DNA of 63,875 bases, the filler included, from Trichomonas gallinae (Eukaryota), in the NCBI GenBank assembly GCA_008369845.1. It is 9 parts of 9 records of this genome, joined end to end, with 100 filler letters (N's around TTAATTAATTAA, not from the genome) between each part and the next. Parts side by side here need not be neighbours in the genome. Positions count along the whole stretch, not along the records: positions 62,327 to 63,875 come from MRSU01000208.1; 8 more parts are not named here. One strand, written 5' to 3'. Position numbers and translations under genes: made by a program. Shown here one piece after another: positions 62,227 through 63,875 of the stretch. The notes beneath the pieces were generated by a model. The model made no database searches and was not told the origin of the DNA. It saw only the letters and a list, made by a program, of their open reading frames with translations. Every line of letters begins with the position of its first letter. The first letter of the stretch is position 1.

Positions 62227-62326
62227 NNNNNNNNNNNNNNNNNNNNNNNNNNNNNNNNNNNNNNNNNNNNTTAATTAATTAANNNNNNNNNNNNNNNNNN
62301 NNNNNNNNNNNNNNNNNNNNNNNNNN
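62227..62326. other. Assembly gap/linker
   Basis: N44-TTAATTAATTAA-N44. Confidence 0.97.
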
Positions 62327-62497
62327 TTAGAAATACTAAAAAAAGAAAAAAGAAGTTTTTTCCCAAAAAAAAGGTTTTCCCCCTCTAATTTTTTACTGAC
62401 GTAACTTACAAGATGTCCATTTTGTCATGTCGGAAAATTTCCAAATTGGATCAAAACGGAAACATTAAATAGTCAATATATTCATATAATTTACAAG

Positions 62498-62978
62498 TCA
62501 TGGAAGATTTTTACAATGAAACAATTTGAAAATATTATCAGCAGATGCATATTATTAAACAACTAATTAGAATTTATCCGTCACTAACTTTTAATTTAAA
62601 AAAGAAGAGGAAAACTCATGTTTTGCGATTAAAGACGTCAGTATGAATGTTGAATATTCAACGTACTTGAATAACAATTCATTAGAAAATCCTGGGATTC
62701 TTTGTACAGCTAATGCTTCGTCAAGCAATAAATTCGTTACAATTTCGTTGTCTAACATTCTCAACAACAAATGCGATAGTAGTTTAATCTATTTTAATAC
62801 AGCAATAAATACAATTACTGATTCAATAATCATAAACAATGAGGTAACAAATTGTCTCAATTCTGAAATTTTCTTCTTTTATTATTCAGTAGATTTCTTT
62901 GTCAAACATAGAAACTTTTCGCCATTTAATAGCACTAATAATCTACACAAGCTAGTTGAATGTCTCATTGAAAACTAA
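62498..62978 (+). pseudogene. Probable disrupted member of a secreted Asn/Ile-rich family similar to 57327..58331
   Basis: A W/EDFYNET-like fragment near 62500 (compare EWSEFYG) is broken by stops. Downstream ORF 62643..62978 has ISLSNILNNKC and ITDSIIINN motifs. Confidence 0.4.
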
Positions 62979-63175
62979 TTTATTTGATCTAAAGTTGTAT
63001 CATTTAATTGCATCTATTATAATAGCTGCATCAAATAATGGTGTTCTACCATTCAATAAGAATTGAGCTATTGTGACTGCGTTGACTATATGATCAATGC
63101 CTGCTTAATGATAGCCAAACCTGGCCATTGTGCACTCATATTAATTAAGATCCAATAGATTTTAGCACAAAAATT

Positions 63176-63199
63176 AAAAAAAAAAAAAAAAAAAAAAAA
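63176..63199. repeat. Poly(A) run, 24 nt
   Basis: Directly visible homopolymer. Confidence 0.9.
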
Positions 63200-63253
63200 C
63201 AGTTTACACGTCAGATTTTGAACATTGACATGTAAACAATAATGAAATGAGAT

Positions 63254-63875
63254 ATGTTTTTCATTATTAATGAAAATATTTCATTAACACAACAGTTTAT
63301 TGTAAAGAAGATGGACAAACTACTGCATATAGCAATATTACGGAACAATATACAACTATTATCATTGATAAATCATGTCGAATTTTGTCCACGCATTCGT
63401 TTCAGTATTCATGGGTCACAAACATCATAATCCCGGATACAATTACTACAATTCAAGATGATCCTATCTTTTGTCCAATAAAATACTTATATATTCCACC
63501 ATCTGTTACCGAAATTTCAGATATGAATCCATTTAATGTTATACCTAAAGTCATAGCATTTTATGTTGACCCATTTAATCCTATCATGAGCTCTCAAAAT
63601 GGAATTCTTTACAATAAAAATAAAACAGCTTTGATAATGTATCCACGAGGAAAGAAAGGAAAGAGATTCATAGCGCCCAGTAGTTTAAGAGTGATTGAAT
63701 ATCATGCATTTTCCGAAAATACTGAGCTTGAATCTATAGTTTTGCAAAATTCTTTGGATTTGCTTTGTGAAGCAGCATTTCAAAACTCAATAGGGTTGAA
63801 ATATTTAGCTATGCCAATTGGAGATTCAATAAAAAGTTTCCATGAAATTGCTTTGATTGATTCTCCTATTAATCA
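63254..63875 (+). CDS. BspA-like LRR protein, partial (runs off window; 5' end appears frameshifted; absent from the ORF track)
   Basis: The frame is open from 63274 to the window end: ...NIIIPDTITTIQ...LYIPPSVTEI...VDPFNPIMSSQNGILYNKNKTALIMYP...LRVIEYHAFSENTELESIVL. The signal-like ATG at 63254 is out of frame, and there is an in-frame TGA at 63271. Confidence 0.75.

Noticed and set aside
63176..63199. Poly(A) and poly(T) runs (also 56583-56608) as retroposon tails
   Set aside because: No recognisable TSD, RT fragment or processed gene is adjacent.
1..63875. tRNA/rRNA genes and spliceosomal introns
   Set aside because: No cloverleaf or rRNA-like segment, and no trichomonad ACTAACACACAG intron 3' motif, was noticed by eye. 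A covariance-model search would be needed to exclude them.

Overview
Eukaryotic, essentially intron-less DNA with AT-rich intergenic regions. It is most consistent with Trichomonas vaginalis or a close trichomonad (inferred from a hydrogenosomal-type presequence on a dihydrolipoamide dehydrogenase, BspA-like LRR genes, TCACT Inr-like elements just upstream of ATGs, and stop-overlapping TAAA signals). The window is a pseudomolecule of nine contig pieces joined by eight identical 100-nt N44-TTAATTAATTAA-N44 spacers, so adjacency across gaps may not be biological. Recognisable genes: PP1 and PP6/PP4-like phosphatases, a PHD-finger protein, DLD, a uridine-phosphorylase-family enzyme, a SAC9-type phosphoinositide phosphatase, the 3' end of tubulin cofactor B, a UBC6/UBE2J E2, a membrane-anchored papain-like peptidase, an importin-beta-like HEAT protein, and surface/BspA-like proteins. 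There are also several pseudogenes and mobile-element remnants (a probable Maverick/Polinton terminus and a decayed pogo/DDE_1 transposase). The most striking feature is a >17 kb ORF (>5,600 aa, 5' end lost in a gap). It has at least 11.5 tandem ~400-aa repeats I do not recognise, then a helical region and a C-terminal segment resembling the talin/HIP1R I/LWEQ actin-binding module. A recurrent intergenic motif, TTTAC(A/G)(C/T)GTCA, and a perfect 21-bp hairpin with a GCGAAGC core also stand out. All family assignments come from motif recognition by eye; no database searches were run.
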